57,125 nt of DNA, taken from a virus. Taxonomy: Duplodnaviria > Caudoviricetes. The notes under the pieces were generated by a model, which saw only the letters and a list, made by a program, of their open reading frames with translations, had not been told where the DNA came from and did not search any database. Each line of letters opens with the position of its first letter. Position 1 is the first letter of the stretch. Position numbers and translations under genes: made by a program. The DNA is taken from IMG/VR virus record IMGVR_UViG_3300033076_000756, positions 1 through 57,125 of that record; one strand, 5' to 3'. Shown one piece after another: positions 1 to 11,500 of this stretch.

Positions 1-3000
1 TTGGCACGGCTCATCTTTTTACCGTACTCATTACGCTCTGCACGTTTTTGAGCAAGCTCTTGGTTATATTCTGCCACCTCTGCACCCAGTTCACCACGAA
101 GCTTCCATGCCTCGCGGTCTTCAGGGTTAATCTCCGTTTTCTGAATAGACTCAACAAATTCTTCCTTAGCCTCGTTTCTGATGTCAACCAGTTCCTGGAT
201 ATCATTATTGAGGAGGTCATACTCGCTAAGTAAATCAGCAAAGTTCATAGCCCCTTCAAAGTCACTTGAGTCAAACCCTTGAGCATATAAAAAGTCCAGC
301 GTATCCTGGCTAGGTGTATATGCGTTCTCAGAAGACAGTTTCTTCTTACGCGCTTTGATGAGTGGTTCCATATCTGGATCCTTCATCATGTAGCTGATAA
401 ATTCTACAAACTTACCTTGCGCATCAGAATCATAGCTGTCATAGTTACCGTAGATGTTTGGCTGACCTGCCATGTTAAAATAAGTGGCATAAGTCTGACC
501 ATATAAACTATCCACGTCAAAGTCAGAACCAGCAAGCATGTGAATGAAATGCGGTACGACAATTCCACTAAGGTTGGAGCTATCCATGAAGTCAACCACT
601 TTGATGGCGATCATGGAACGCTTATCCTCTGTAGGGATACGCACGCCAAACATCTTGTTCAGCTGCTGCATGTAAAGTCTTTCATGTGCCTTGTTTCTAA
701 AGAATGGCTTAGGCACAATAGCTTCTACAAAGTAAGTGGTAGTTCCATCCTCGTTTTCTGTAGTAGATACACCCAGCGGTCTTGACTTCACGTTAGGGTA
801 CTTAGCAGGATTGCTGCGGTATTGTTCTGTTGTGATAACATTTCCATTCTCATCTTCTAATACGCTGTAACCAAACGAGGAGATGTGGATGTTTTTAAAT
901 CCAGATCCTTTCTCATCTGTTACATGCTTGGAGTATTGTGAGAAGAAGTAGTATTCCAGCATGTTGCGAATACCTGGCAGGTTAGGAGAATGCACAGGCT
1001 GTCCGGAGCTGTCTACCTCAAAAAGCTTAATATCATTGTCAGAAGCTCCTTGTTCAATAAGTGACTCGCGGATCATGGTGAATACTTTACCAATCTGGAA
1101 GTCACCATCTTTACGCATTATAGTTTTAAGGTTGGCCAGGTTACTCTCACCAATCTGTCGTAATGTATCCTGGTACTGAACCAGCGTGTCTGCCACTTTA
1201 GCCATGGCTTTGCGATCTGCCTCAGTAATCTCTCTACCTGAATTCTTAGCAATTTCTGCAAGATTGATAAGGTCAGCTGCAATAAGCGCCTTACTTTGTA
1301 CAGAGAATTTGGCTTTATCTTTTACCCCTGAGGTTTCTACCTGAAGGTATTTGTATTTGTTTTCTACTTCAAGACTACTGAATGCAAGGTCAATGTAACC
1401 ATTAGGACCAACGTTTGCCGCCTCCTGGAAGTAATCTATAGGAAGTACTGTCGCATTCTTAGACGCAGTGGTATCAATCAACTGGTCTATCTGGTGGTAC
1501 TCCATAGAGTTAAGCAAGTTGTGAAGGATCTTACGGTGCGGCATTGGTTGATAGAAGCTATGGATCTGCTCGTACTTCTTACGAATATCATCCTGTAAGT
1601 CTTTGATGCCAGCAGTCTGACCAATCTTTTTAATAGCCTGGATCTCCTGGCGTGCACTGTAGATCTCAGAATAAAGACCATGAAGCTGATCATATACCTG
1701 GTCAATGGTCATACGCTTGCCAGTTGCAGGGTCTACAGGGCGAACCAATACACTTACATCATTGCGGTCAATGTAGTTCTCAGAAAGTTTGTGATAAGAG
1801 TTACGTGCTGCTGTAACCGTCTTCTTAGGGTTATTTACAATCTTGTTGTTTTCAAGGGCACGGATCTCTGCTTCTGTAAGATCACGGTAGTGCTTTGCAA
1901 TCAGGATACGCTCAAGCTCTGGCTTTAAACGGCCAAGGCTCATGTGCATGTCCATCTGGTGCATAAGGCTAGTAACACTCTGACCATCAAAGATGTCATA
2001 CATGGTACCATCAGCTCCGTACTCTTCCAGTAGTGCTTCTTTCTCAGCTTCTGTAAGCGTATTGTCAGCTGTGATCTCTGCCTCACTGTAGTAAGGACCT
2101 TTGGTTGGCATCTGGTTAGAAATGAATGCAGAGATAGTATTCAGGTATGAAACCCTGTGTGTGCCTGACTTAAGGGTAGAACCGGCAGCAAGGAACTTCT
2201 TGTTACGTTTAAAGTAATCCACAGGATCCTTCACGTTCATGGCCATATCACCGTCCATCAGTTCATTGAAATACAATGAGTTAGCCCAGTGGTTAAAGAA
2301 TGCATCTGCTACTAGTCCGCTAATGTTCTTTACACCATCTATTTTTTGACCAGCCTCATTATAGTTTTCTTCTGAACGCTTATAGCTGTCAAGAGCATCA
2401 CCTACGGCAATACCATTTTTCTTAAGTTCTGTAGCCAGGTAGTCAGACGTATAGAAGACAACCGGTTCTCTGCCTGGAATATTTTCACCTTTTGCATTTC
2501 TGCGTGGTGTAGCAACTCTGCGAATAGCACCAAGGTCAATAAGCTTGGTAAAGTGCGCGCGGAGCGCATCCATTGCATAATCATCTAAAGAGTCTAATAG
2601 ATCTGTATCCAGGTCTGATGAAATCTCCTCAAATGCAATATTGCTTTTGGCAGCCTGGATCAGCTGGTCCTTGAGGTCTGAATTATTCTTAAAGAAGTCA
2701 GCAAGCTTGTTGAACTGATAAGCTCTTAAGTCACTGGAGTCAGTGATCGCTTTGCTTGGATCAGTACTATCAAGTTTACCATTATACTTTAATATCAGGT
2801 TGTTAGCCTCGCGATTATCAAAAGCATCTTTGTTAGTCTCTCTGCTTTGCCACTCACGCTGGATACGGTTATACTCCTGGCGTACTACGCTTTGAAGATC
2901 TTTTACAAACTTCACACGTCCATTCTCGCGAATGAGTCCATCTTTACTTGCAGGATTAGCGTCAGCATACTTGATGTATACAGCACTCATCAGGAAGTTA

Positions 3001-6000
3001 GTCTGAGAAGCTTCCAATTGTGAGAAGCTGCGCATGTAAGTCTCAATCTTGGTAGTGTCAGTAGTAGTACTGCCGTCCTCTGCTTTTACCTGCTGTGTTT
3101 TGCTGTACGTAGTACGGTTAAGAAACGTCATCAGGTTGAGGATGTACATGGAGCGAGTGTCAATGTTTTTGAACGAGCTACCTTCTTTAAAGGTCTTGTT
3201 CACTGACTGTGCCACTCCACCAAACATGGCCATGTTAAAGTTTTCAAGGAAAAGCTCCACTGCGCGTGAACGCTTGGTGTCTTTGCCATTAATGATATCT
3301 CCTAACATGCCATTATCAGCAAGGAAGTTTTTGAGTTGGGACTCATAGTATGGATCCTGGCTCATAGTCTCCACTAATCCTTTACCACGTAGCTGTTGTG
3401 CTACAGTAAAGGCAGGAGTGTATTTTACGTAGCGGTAAATAGGTTTGCCTTCTGCGTTACGCGCTGTACTAGGAAGTTCTGTTGGATCATACTTTACAAT
3501 GTATGTAGCAGCTTTACCCAGGATAGCATTGAAGCGGTTGACAGATTCATCTCTGGTGTTTTTGTCATCCAGCATCTGCGCAAATTTGTTCTGCGTCATA
3601 TCAGAAGCAATTGCGCGGGTCATGATGTTTTCAAGATCCTTAAACCAGTCACGCTCCAGGTATTTCTTTTCCTGAACAAATTTCTCATGTGCCTGATAAT
3701 GTGCACGGATATCTCCCTGGATGTCTGCGTCTTTCAAGTTCTCTACTTCATCAATAGCAAGAATACTCATTCTTACCAGTGACTTTGGAACAGAGATCCC
3801 CACATCTTTCAAAGCAGCATGCATTTGTTCAGTAAGTTTTACCAAACGTGCCTCTTGTGAATCAATGTCAGAAAGAATATGTGTGTCAGTAGTGATCGTT
3901 TTTGTAAGCTCAAGCAGCTTGTTTACGCTTTCCTTATAGGCTGCGTATTTATCCGGTGCACTATTCTTAGCTCTGGCAGTGATGATACTGTTGATGATAT
4001 CCTTTTTCTTTTTGGAGATATCCTCATACATGATCTTGTCCTTGATGGAGAATCCTTTGGTGGTAAAATCAGTAAGGTTTCTTTCTTCATCAATGACCTC
4101 AATGGAGCTATTGACATTGATCATTACATAGTCAATCTCAGTACCATGCAATACATCTACTAACATGTTGTATAACTGCATGTTACGCTGAGGATTGCCT
4201 TGCGCATCAAATGCTACCTTGTCAGAAAGAGAATCATATACAGCTTGCAGGTCCAAACCTGCATCTCTGAATCCATCTTCTAACATGTTCTTGGCCTGAA
4301 TGCGGATGTTGTCCACTATGTTTTCAGGTTCAATCTCACTGGAGATCTTTAGGAGCTGACCAAAGATGGCGTCCCCGTTGATCATGCGTGGGAACTTAAA
4401 TTTCTTGTCTTTAGAGCTTAGCTCATCTACACTTTGGTCATAGCGTACCAGTGCCAGAAACTCACGGATCTGGCGTGGCAAAGAATCAAGACGGTTATGC
4501 TCATTAAGACCAGCGTCAAAGTCTTGCTCAGGTGTTTCATCTTTAAGTTCTGCATCCTGGTCTGTAGTCTCTTCACCATTCATTGCCTTTTCCAGTTCTT
4601 CTTTGTTTACTGAGCGGGCAGGGTTACCTTCAATGATAGAAGACACAGAATCAAGGCGTTGCTTGACAAGTTTCTTAAGTGTCTCATAAGACACCTTTCC
4701 ATCCACGTTGTCTTGCACTTCACCGGTACCTGCATTTTTAACAGTGGTAGCTGTAGTCTTTGCATCATAGGCATCATCTCCAGTTTCGTTGATGTCATAC
4801 AAAGCACCACCTCTGAAGCGGTCACCAAGCATGAAACGATAGTTCTTGATAAGATCTCCGTACTGTGCCATGATCTGGTCTTTCTTCTCAGGGTTCTGAG
4901 AAACCAGTCTATCCATGTTGTATTCTGTATCCAGGATAAGCTTTGTGATCCTGTCAAATCTCTCATCAAACTTTTCGCGGGTGTTGTTATCCTTAAGCAA
5001 ATAGTAAGTCACGAGGTTTACCAGCTGGTTTTGCTCCTCTACACCAAGTAATGACATGGCAGCTTGGGCTTTACCGGCTGGACCATTGATGATACGCGGA
5101 ATACCTGGGATCAGCTCATAGGCTACTTTACCGTCATAAAGACCTGTCTGCACAATAGCAGAACTATAGCGTCCTGAGTTGATATCTCCATATACTGTTT
5201 CAATAAGGTCTTTGTTTGCTCTGAAGAAATCAAGGATCTTTTTAAGCATCTGCATGAACTGTGCAATCAGGCCTTTTGGCTTGGAGCCTTTGTTCATGTA
5301 GTTCTGGAACCCATCTGCCAGGATCTCTTCTGCTTGCAGACGTGCAGCTTCTTCACGGTTGTAAAGCATACCACGCTGGCGGGCAAACTCTTTGAGCGAT
5401 GCTTCTGTAAATTTACCAGCATGTGTTTTGTTTTTTCTTACAGCGTCAATCAGCTGGTCACGCAATTCTGCGGACATCAGGTGACGGAACACACCGTGAA
5501 AAGCTTCGTGGTAGATCACACCTTTGCTCTTAATGGCTTCATTCAGGTAGATCACACGGTCTTTGAATGCACCTAGTACAGTACCATCAATCTGTGAAAG
5601 GTTAACAATATCACTGAGGTTCTCAGTATCAAGGCCAAACTGAGGAAGGTTTTGCTTAAGCCATTCAGCTTGCTGCAAACGCTCCTCCCCTGTTTCTGTT
5701 TCTACTGCACCATCTGCAATAGAGAATACAATATCCAGTGTTTCAATGTCATCACTAGGATCTGCCTTTAAGTTTTGTGCTACCGCCTTAGGTGCCTGCT
5801 CTTCCACAGGTGCCACGGTTTTAACTGTAGCTGCTATAGCAACAGAAGGACTTGCAGTCTTAGCAATAATGCTGAGACGCTTTTGTCCCTGGTTGAGTAC
5901 TTTGTAATTAGCCAGGTTAGTACGGCTGCGCTCTTTAGCATCCATGCCATTCTTTGGCTGGTATTGAGGACTGTAGCTGATCTTAGGGATAAGCGTACCA

Positions 6001-8480
6001 GTCTCTCTGTTTTCATCAACCAATAAGAACTCTGGGCGGAATACACCATTATAGGTAAAGTCTTTCTTGAGGTTCTCCATGAATTCAGGAACAGCAGATG
6101 TTTTAGATTCTATGTTCTTGAATACACTCTCAACAAGGAAATTGGCAAAATCATTCTGCGCCTTTTCAATAGCACTAAATAATTCTTGCACTTCTGGTAG
6201 TGGAGTTTTGTCTGCAGACATCTCTGCTACCATGGTGTAAAACTTGTAAAGGTCTTCTTGCTTTTTAAGATCCAGCTCCTGTAAAGCCGGTACAGCAGCC
6301 TGTACACTTTTTACTTTTTCACCTAACCCTTGAAAAGCGCGGGCATACTGCACAATCTTTTTCTCATTTAAAGGAAAGTTGAACAACCCTTTGTTGTCTT
6401 TAATAAAAGCATATCTGCCTGAAGAATCCGTAGGACGTAACTCAATCTGCAACTGACCTTTTGCATCAGTGGAGAAGTTTACGTACAGTGGCGCATTCTT
6501 ACGCTCTGCAGCATTATTAGAAGACTGGGCTTCAAATGTGTACTGATTCTTATCAAAGTTCTTGATATCAGCTTTTCTGTTTGTTGACGTAGTAAGTACA
6601 TCTGCCATCCCTACCAGGAATGTTGCAAACTCAGCTGCGTTATCTAAGAGAATAGCTGGGTCAATAGGCTTGTAAGCTATGCTGCCATCTTTGTTCCAGC
6701 GTAAAAGAATGTTACGTTGTTTCTGGTCATTTTGTGTAAGAAGTGCTTTGACCTTTTCATCAGTATCCAGACCTAATACCTGCTCAGCATAACGAGCCTG
6801 AGAAATGTTTACTGACTCTCCCTTGGCGTTGGTTACCTGAATGTATTCATTGCTCTTTAAAAATGGTACCAGCTTAAACGGTGCAGAGGCACTATAACGG
6901 GTAAAGTAAAAAGGAACCAGTCTTTCTTCAGAGTTTACGACATCTTTGCCAGATAATGTGACAATTGTCAGGCGCTGAGAAATAGCAGAATCGCTCTGAA
7001 CTTGATCAGCAAGAGTAGCACGTTTAGGTTTTTCTCTGCGTGAGTTGATCTCATAGTTAGCAAAGAACTCGTCTGTGATATCCATTGACTCAGCCCCTTC
7101 TGGCATATCACCCAGCTTTTCCTGGAATGCCTGCCATTTTTGATTAGCTGCAGCCAGTGCTTGCACATCACCATCTGTCATATCAGAAAGTCCAAGGAAT
7201 GTTTTCTTCTTGGACAAAGCTTTTACTTCATTGAGATGAGCAGGATTAGAGAAATCTACTTTCTCTGTAGTATTGTCACTGCTGACAAATACGTAGTTGT
7301 CTGCAGGATAGATGTAGAATTTTTCACCAGTACCAATGATCTCTCCTACCATCATCCAGTTTTGCTGTTCTTTGGTAGGCATGGATACTGTGAGCACTTT
7401 ACCGTTAGGAGTAGACTGCAGAAATCTTTGCTGTGCATCATTCTCATATGTGTAGTGTTTGCGGTTCTGTAAACCACGGAGTGCATATTCACCGTTTGCT
7501 GCATTCTGGATTCGCTCCAGTTTTTGCGTAGCAGTGTCTGCATTCTTTACAGCAGTGATCCGGATGCCAGACATAGGAGAAGACATATTCTCCAATTTGC
7601 GCATTACCACAAATGTTTCATCTGGGTTTAACGCCTTGATTGTGAAACTGGACAACAAGGTGTCCTCAAAGAACACCTGCTCTCCAGCATTGGAAACAGA
7701 CGTATCTACCAACCGCGTGTCAATGGCTGATGCAACATCACTTTCCTCAATAGCTTGTAGGGATTGATCTGGCATGATGCGGTAGAATTTGTTATCCTGG
7801 CGGATAGCTTCTACCTTTTGACCGTTGGTCAAGGTTACCAGAACATTGTTTAGTTGGGCTAGATCTGCAATGGCAGAAAGAGAGATATACTCACTGGTCT
7901 GTCTAAGACTAACTGCTGCAGCTTCAACCTGTGCGCTGAGCAATTCTTTTACAGATTGCGCTTCGTCAAACTCACTGATGCGCTCTTTGATGGCTGCAGT
8001 AAGTTCAGAAAGCAAAGTCTCACGGTCTTCTAGTGAGTCAAACTGTGTTACGCTAAAGTAGTTTTTCAGTGTGGAAAGGATACCGTCTGATGCCTGTAAC
8101 TCACGAAGAGTGATAGTCTTGTTAGACCCTAGTGCTTCAATCTTTTTCTGAAGGGTTTCCAGGCGTAATCTGCTAGGAGATTTTACACCCATCAGTTCTG
8201 ATGCAAATTTGACGTACTCTTCTGGAGTTTCAGTCAATGCCGTTGCAGACAAGATATCTTTGACCTTACCTTTTTCAAAGTAGTTATTGTCGTCCAACTC
8301 AGCCAGATCATTATAGATATGTGCTATGTTATGGACGGATAACATCTTTTGCTCAGGCGTCAGGTTACTGGAAAGCACCAGGGCCGCAGCATTATCAAAG
8401 TTGTTGTATTTGTTTGGGTCTAATGAGATAAGGTTAAGTACAACAGATGTGTACTTTTCTGTCTGTAGTTGACACGCCAT
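1..8480 (-). CDS. Virion-packaged crAss-like DNA-dependent RNA polymerase with N-terminal zincin-like domain (partial, 3' end beyond window; >2826 aa)
   Basis: ATG at 8480 (MACQLQTEKY...). The frame appears open to the window edge, so the ORF track omits it. The same frame contains YHEAFH (HEAFH at 5510-5496) with downstream EEILAD, and RIPTEDKRSM...VVPHFIHMLAGSDFDVDSLY (GSDFDVDSLY at 530-501), the DxDxD catalytic loop context of crAss-like virion RNAPs. Confidence 0.9.
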   Translation of the reverse strand, partial: MACQLQTEKYTSVVLNLISLDPNKYNNFDNAAALVLSSNLTPEQKMLSVHNIAHIYNDLAELDDNNYFEKGKVKDILSATALTETPEEYVKFASELMGVKSPSRLRLETLQKKIEALGSNKTITLRELQASDGILSTLKNYFSVTQFDSLEDRETLLSELTAAIKERISEFDEAQSVKELLSAQVEAAAVSLRQTSEYISLSAIADLAQLNNVLVTLTNGQKVEAIRQDNKFYRIMPDQSLQAIEESDVASAIDTRLVDTSVSNAGEQVFFEDTLLSSFTIKALNPDETFVVMRKLENMSSPMSGIRITAVKNADTATQKLERIQNAANGEYALRGLQNRKHYTYENDAQQRFLQSTPNGKVLTVSMPTKEQQNWMMVGEIIGTGEKFYIYPADNYVFVSSDNTTEKVDFSNPAHLNEVKALSKKKTFLGLSDMTDGDVQALAAANQKWQAFQEKLGDMPEGAESMDITDEFFANYEINSRREKPKRATLADQVQSDSAISQRLTIVTLSGKDVVNSEERLVPFYFTRYSASAPFKLVPFLKSNEYIQVTNAKGESVNISQARYAEQVLGLDTDEKVKALLTQNDQKQRNILLRWNKDGSIAYKPIDPAILLDNAAEFATFLVGMADVLTTSTNRKADIKNFDKNQYTFEAQSSNNAAERKNAPLYVNFSTDAKGQLQIELRPTDSSGRYAFIKDNKGLFNFPLNEKKIVQYARAFQGLGEKVKSVQAAVPALQELDLKKQEDLYKFYTMVAEMSADKTPLPEVQELFSAIEKAQNDFANFLVESVFKNIESKTSAVPEFMENLKKDFTYNGVFRPEFLLVDENRETGTLIPKISYSPQYQPKNGMDAKERSRTNLANYKVLNQGQKRLSIIAKTASPSVAIAATVKTVAPVEEQAPKAVAQNLKADPSDDIETLDIVFSIADGAVETETGEERLQQAEWLKQNLPQFGLDTENLSDIVNLSQIDGTVLGAFKDRVIYLNEAIKSKGVIYHEAFHGVFRHLMSAELRDQLIDAVRKNKTHAGKFTEASLKEFARQRGMLYNREEAARLQAEEILADGFQNYMNKGSKPKGLIAQFMQMLKKILDFFRANKDLIETVYGDINSGRYSSAIVQTGLYDGKVAYELIPGIPRIINGPAGKAQAAMSLLGVEEQNQLVNLVTYYLLKDNNTREKFDERFDRITKLILDTEYNMDRLVSQNPEKKDQIMAQYGDLIKNYRFMLGDRFRGGALYDINETGDDAYDAKTTATTVKNAGTGEVQDNVDGKVSYETLKKLVKQRLDSVSSIIEGNPARSVNKEELEKAMNGEETTDQDAELKDETPEQDFDAGLNEHNRLDSLPRQIREFLALVRYDQSVDELSSKDKKFKFPRMINGDAIFGQLLKISSEIEPENIVDNIRIQAKNMLEDGFRDAGLDLQAVYDSLSDKVAFDAQGNPQRNMQLYNMLVDVLHGTEIDYVMINVNSSIEVIDEERNLTDFTTKGFSIKDKIMYEDISKKKKDIINSIITARAKNSAPDKYAAYKESVNKLLELTKTITTDTHILSDIDSQEARLVKLTEQMHAALKDVGISVPKSLVRMSILAIDEVENLKDADIQGDIRAHYQAHEKFVQEKKYLERDWFKDLENIMTRAIASDMTQNKFAQMLDDKNTRDESVNRFNAILGKAATYIVKYDPTELPSTARNAEGKPIYRYVKYTPAFTVAQQLRGKGLVETMSQDPYYESQLKNFLADNGMLGDIINGKDTKRSRAVELFLENFNMAMFGGVAQSVNKTFKEGSSFKNIDTRSMYILNLMTFLNRTTYSKTQQVKAEDGSTTTDTTKIETYMRSFSQLEASQTNFLMSAVYIKYADANPASKDGLIRENGRVKFVKDLQSVVRQEYNRIQREWQSRETNKDAFDNREANNLILKYNGKLDSTDPSKAITDSSDLRAYQFNKLADFFKNNSDLKDQLIQAAKSNIAFEEISSDLDTDLLDSLDDYAMDALRAHFTKLIDLGAIRRVATPRRNAKGENIPGREPVVFYTSDYLATELKKNGIAVGDALDSYKRSEENYNEAGQKIDGVKNISGLVADAFFNHWANSLYFNELMDGDMAMNVKDPVDYFKRNKKFLAAGSTLKSGTHRVSYLNTISAFISNQMPTKGPYYSEAEITADNTLTEAEKEALLEEYGADGTMYDIFDGQSVTSLMHQMDMHMSLGRLKPELERILIAKHYRDLTEAEIRALENNKIVNNPKKTVTAARNSYHKLSENYIDRNDVSVLVRPVDPATGKRMTIDQVYDQLHGLYSEIYSARQEIQAIKKIGQTAGIKDLQDDIRKKYEQIHSFYQPMPHRKILHNLLNSMEYHQIDQLIDTTASKNATVLPIDYFQEAANVGPNGYIDLAFSSLEVENKYKYLQVETSGVKDKAKFSVQSKALIAADLINLAEIAKNSGREITEADRKAMAKVADTLVQYQDTLRQIGESNLANLKTIMRKDGDFQIGKVFTMIRESLIEQGASDNDIKLFEVDSSGQPVHSPNLPGIRNMLEYYFFSQYSKHVTDEKGSGFKNIHISSFGYSVLEDENGNVITTEQYRSNPAKYPNVKSRPLGVSTTENEDGTTTYFVEAIVPKPFFRNKAHERLYMQQLNKMFGVRIPTEDKRSMIAIKVVDFMDSSNLSGIVVPHFIHMLAGSDFDVDSLYGQTYATYFNMAGQPNIYGNYDSYDSDAQGKFVEFISYMMKDPDMEPLIKARKKKLSSENAYTPSQDTLDFLYAQGFDSSDFEGAMNFADLLSEYDLLNNDIQELVDIRNEAKEEFVESIQKTEINPEDREAWKLRGELGAEVAEYNQELAQKRAERNEYGKKMSRA

Positions 8481-8510
8481 GCTTGTAAGTCTTAGTTAAC
8501 CAGGGGTGGA

Positions 8511-11500
8511 TTAAGAGAAGCAGCTAGTAATTTTGCGCAAGTCCTCAATTATCTGTCCCTCCTCTACAAATTTACCATTTTTTTCTGTATTTTGTAGAGC
8601 TTGCTCTCTAATTTCTACTGCTTTAGCATATAACTCTTGCAATGATTCTAGTGTGAGCGCTGGTTTAGTGGCGGTGGTAGCGGTGGTGTTAAAGAGTGAC
8701 ACTTGCTGCGTAGAAGGTGTAACGGTCACTGCAGCCTTTTTAGCCTTGTAGTTTACAGGCTTGCCGGTAATCACGCTTTCACGGATTGCATCTATCCTTC
8801 TCTTACCATTTGGCGTCTTGTAGTATTCCTCCAGTGAAGAGAACATAGTTTTCTCACGGCTGTTGGAAGTCTTCATGGAGCCTTGTGCTTTTTCCATGAA
8901 ACGCACGGCAACGTTTGGATCCTTCATGTCAGCGTTTACATCACGCAGAAGCTTTTGGGCAAACTCAAGGTCATTGTAGGTAGTATTCAAGCTGTCTGCT
9001 TTTTCCTCTGCCTCAGCCTCCGTAGCAATTGGTTCAGCGTTAACTGTATGACCAGCTTTGTCTACAATGTCAAAGCCACCTTCTTCAGCAGCAGTTACGC
9101 CAAACTCCTCACCTTCTTTCTCAGAAGGAAGTCTATCGTCTTCTGGGTTAGTCTCATTTTCAATTCCAAAGAATGCCAACTGCTGAGCGTCATAGTTGAG
9201 CTGGCCCTCTGTACCAATCTCTGCGTCAACAGTAGGAATAGATGCAGCAGGTTGCTCTTCTACTTGTTCTGGTGCTGCAGCTGCTTGTTGAGCCTGTGCA
9301 TCACGAAGCATCTGAAGCTGCTGCTCCAGCTGTGCTACAATCTGAGGATCACCAAACTCACTGGTACGTTCTCTTTCAAGATTAGCTTCTATCTGAGCAA
9401 TGGCCATTTCAATGGTAGTAACTTCCTCTGTAGTTGACTCTCCCGTTTCTGGGATTTCAGTTGTATCTGTATTGAGATCACCATTTTCATCAACAATACC
9501 TACTATAGGTGTCTCATTATCCAGGCTGGCTTCTTCTACAGGATCTTGTGCTTTGATGAACTCAACGTCCTTGTCAATCTCCTCCTTGAACATCTCATAG
9601 ACCTTTTGCTCCCGCTCTGTAAGACTTTCATTTTCAGCTACTTTTCCAGCAATAATGTTACGTCTGGCAGCATCTAGTTTTTTGGTAGCAACGATCTCAT
9701 CGTACTCTGCCTCAGGAATGTCTCCGGTGAACTCCTGGGATCCATACTTGGCAGACATGCGGGCAACAGTATCCTGGATCAGTTTCTCAATATCCTTGGA
9801 AAGCTCCTGAGCATAGTCTTCTTCTTTAACAGTGATTTCAGGGTTAGCTGCCAGGACCAGAATCTTTTTATAAGCATCGCTATCCTGTACGGTATTGATC
9901 ACCTCGTTCACAAATGCCTCCTGATCTGCAGGGTTACTTACACCAGCTTTTTGCATAAGCATGATAGCCTGGATCTCTGCCCTGGTAAGCAACATGTCCA
10001 CATACAAAAGAAGGTTGTATTTAAAGTTACCATCCACCATACGTTCTGTTGCAGCCAGGTAGTTGTCAGTGTTCAAAAGAACATCCACACTGCGCATGTA
10101 ATCGCGTGTGTCACGGTCCAGACGGATGTAGTCATATACCTTTTGGAAGCCATCTTGCAAACCTTGCTCAGATAACTCAGTATTGTTGTTGACTTGTTTG
10201 TTCTTGATATTCACCAACTTACGGAAAGTATCCAAGACCTCAGGATCCATATGGTCATATTGAGGTGCTTGGTTTCCTGTAGGATTGCCATCTACATCCA
10301 GCTCATCCACTTTGCCCTGGTATTTACCAAAGAAGGTGTCTGCCAGTTTATCGCGCTCTACAACTTCTCCCTCTTCTGTTTCACCTATAACGCGTTTGCG
10401 ATTATCCCAGTAGCCAACCCATTTATTAAGAAGCGCTTGTTCTTCAATCTTGTTATCCAGGTTCTTCTGGATATCAGCTTTTGTCTCAGCATCTAAACCT
10501 TCAGCTTCAAGTGACTCTCGTAGTACGCGGATCTCACCGGCAATGTTTCCTATTTCCCCTTCCAGGTTCATTGGATTTGTCAGAACTCTGATAGCATAAT
10601 CAGAGCTGTTTTGCATTCCAGGAACATTCAGTAGATCATTAGCTACTTGCTTAGCGCGCTCTGCAGACATGGTTCCTTTGAGCTGGTTAAGTGCAATGAA
10701 CTGAATGGCATCTTCCTGAGCTTTACGGGTAAGTGCCGCGGCATACTGGGTGTTGGTACCTTTAGCATAGTCAGCTGGATCTACCAGGCGTGACTTTACA
10801 TGGCTTGTAAGATCATCAACGGCTTTGCTATATTTTTTGATTTTACCTGCCACATTCTGAGTAAACTCAGATGCAGAGTTAAAACCAGTGTCTTCTAACT
10901 TAACACCAAATGATGCTTCAAATTCATCATTGGTCATTTCAGCTCCCATTTGACTGACCGCTCTATACAGAACGTCTTGAGTACCAGTACGTTTTGCAGA
11001 TACTACGGCAGCAATAAGGGCGTTATCTTTTGCATTCTCAAATTCATAACGGTCACCCTTGGCAGCTGCGTAAGACATATCCTGGGCAGCCTGGGTTTGA
11101 GCATTAAAATTGAATGTCTTGTTTTCAAACTTACCCTCTGAGACTTGTCTAAGTATAGCATTTTGTGCAGCAATATCAGCATCAAACTGAGCTTCCTGTT
11201 GCTTCAAAGGATTGTCCGCAGGATTGTCTTTGTACTGACGGTTGACTGCCGCGCGTTGGGCAGCATCCATGGCACCAGTAGCTAGTCTGGTAGGACCGCT
11301 AATCAGAACCCCTGTGACAGCACCCATAAGGAATGTCTTGAGACCCTGCTTGCTAAACTGTTCAGAAAGTCCTTCACCAAAGGCGTCAGACAAGGTTTGA
11401 TTGGTGCCGTCAAACTGAGAAGCATAATAGTCTCTCCAGGCAGCGGCTGATGTTTCCTGTAAGTTTTCCTGCAAACCTTCTGTCACAGAGAACTTAAGGA

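Noticed and set aside
11-8061. Numerous 60-130 aa ORFs on both strands in the track
   Set aside because: They are shadow or alternative frames of the single large minus-strand RNAP gene, whose frame carries the recognisable motifs.
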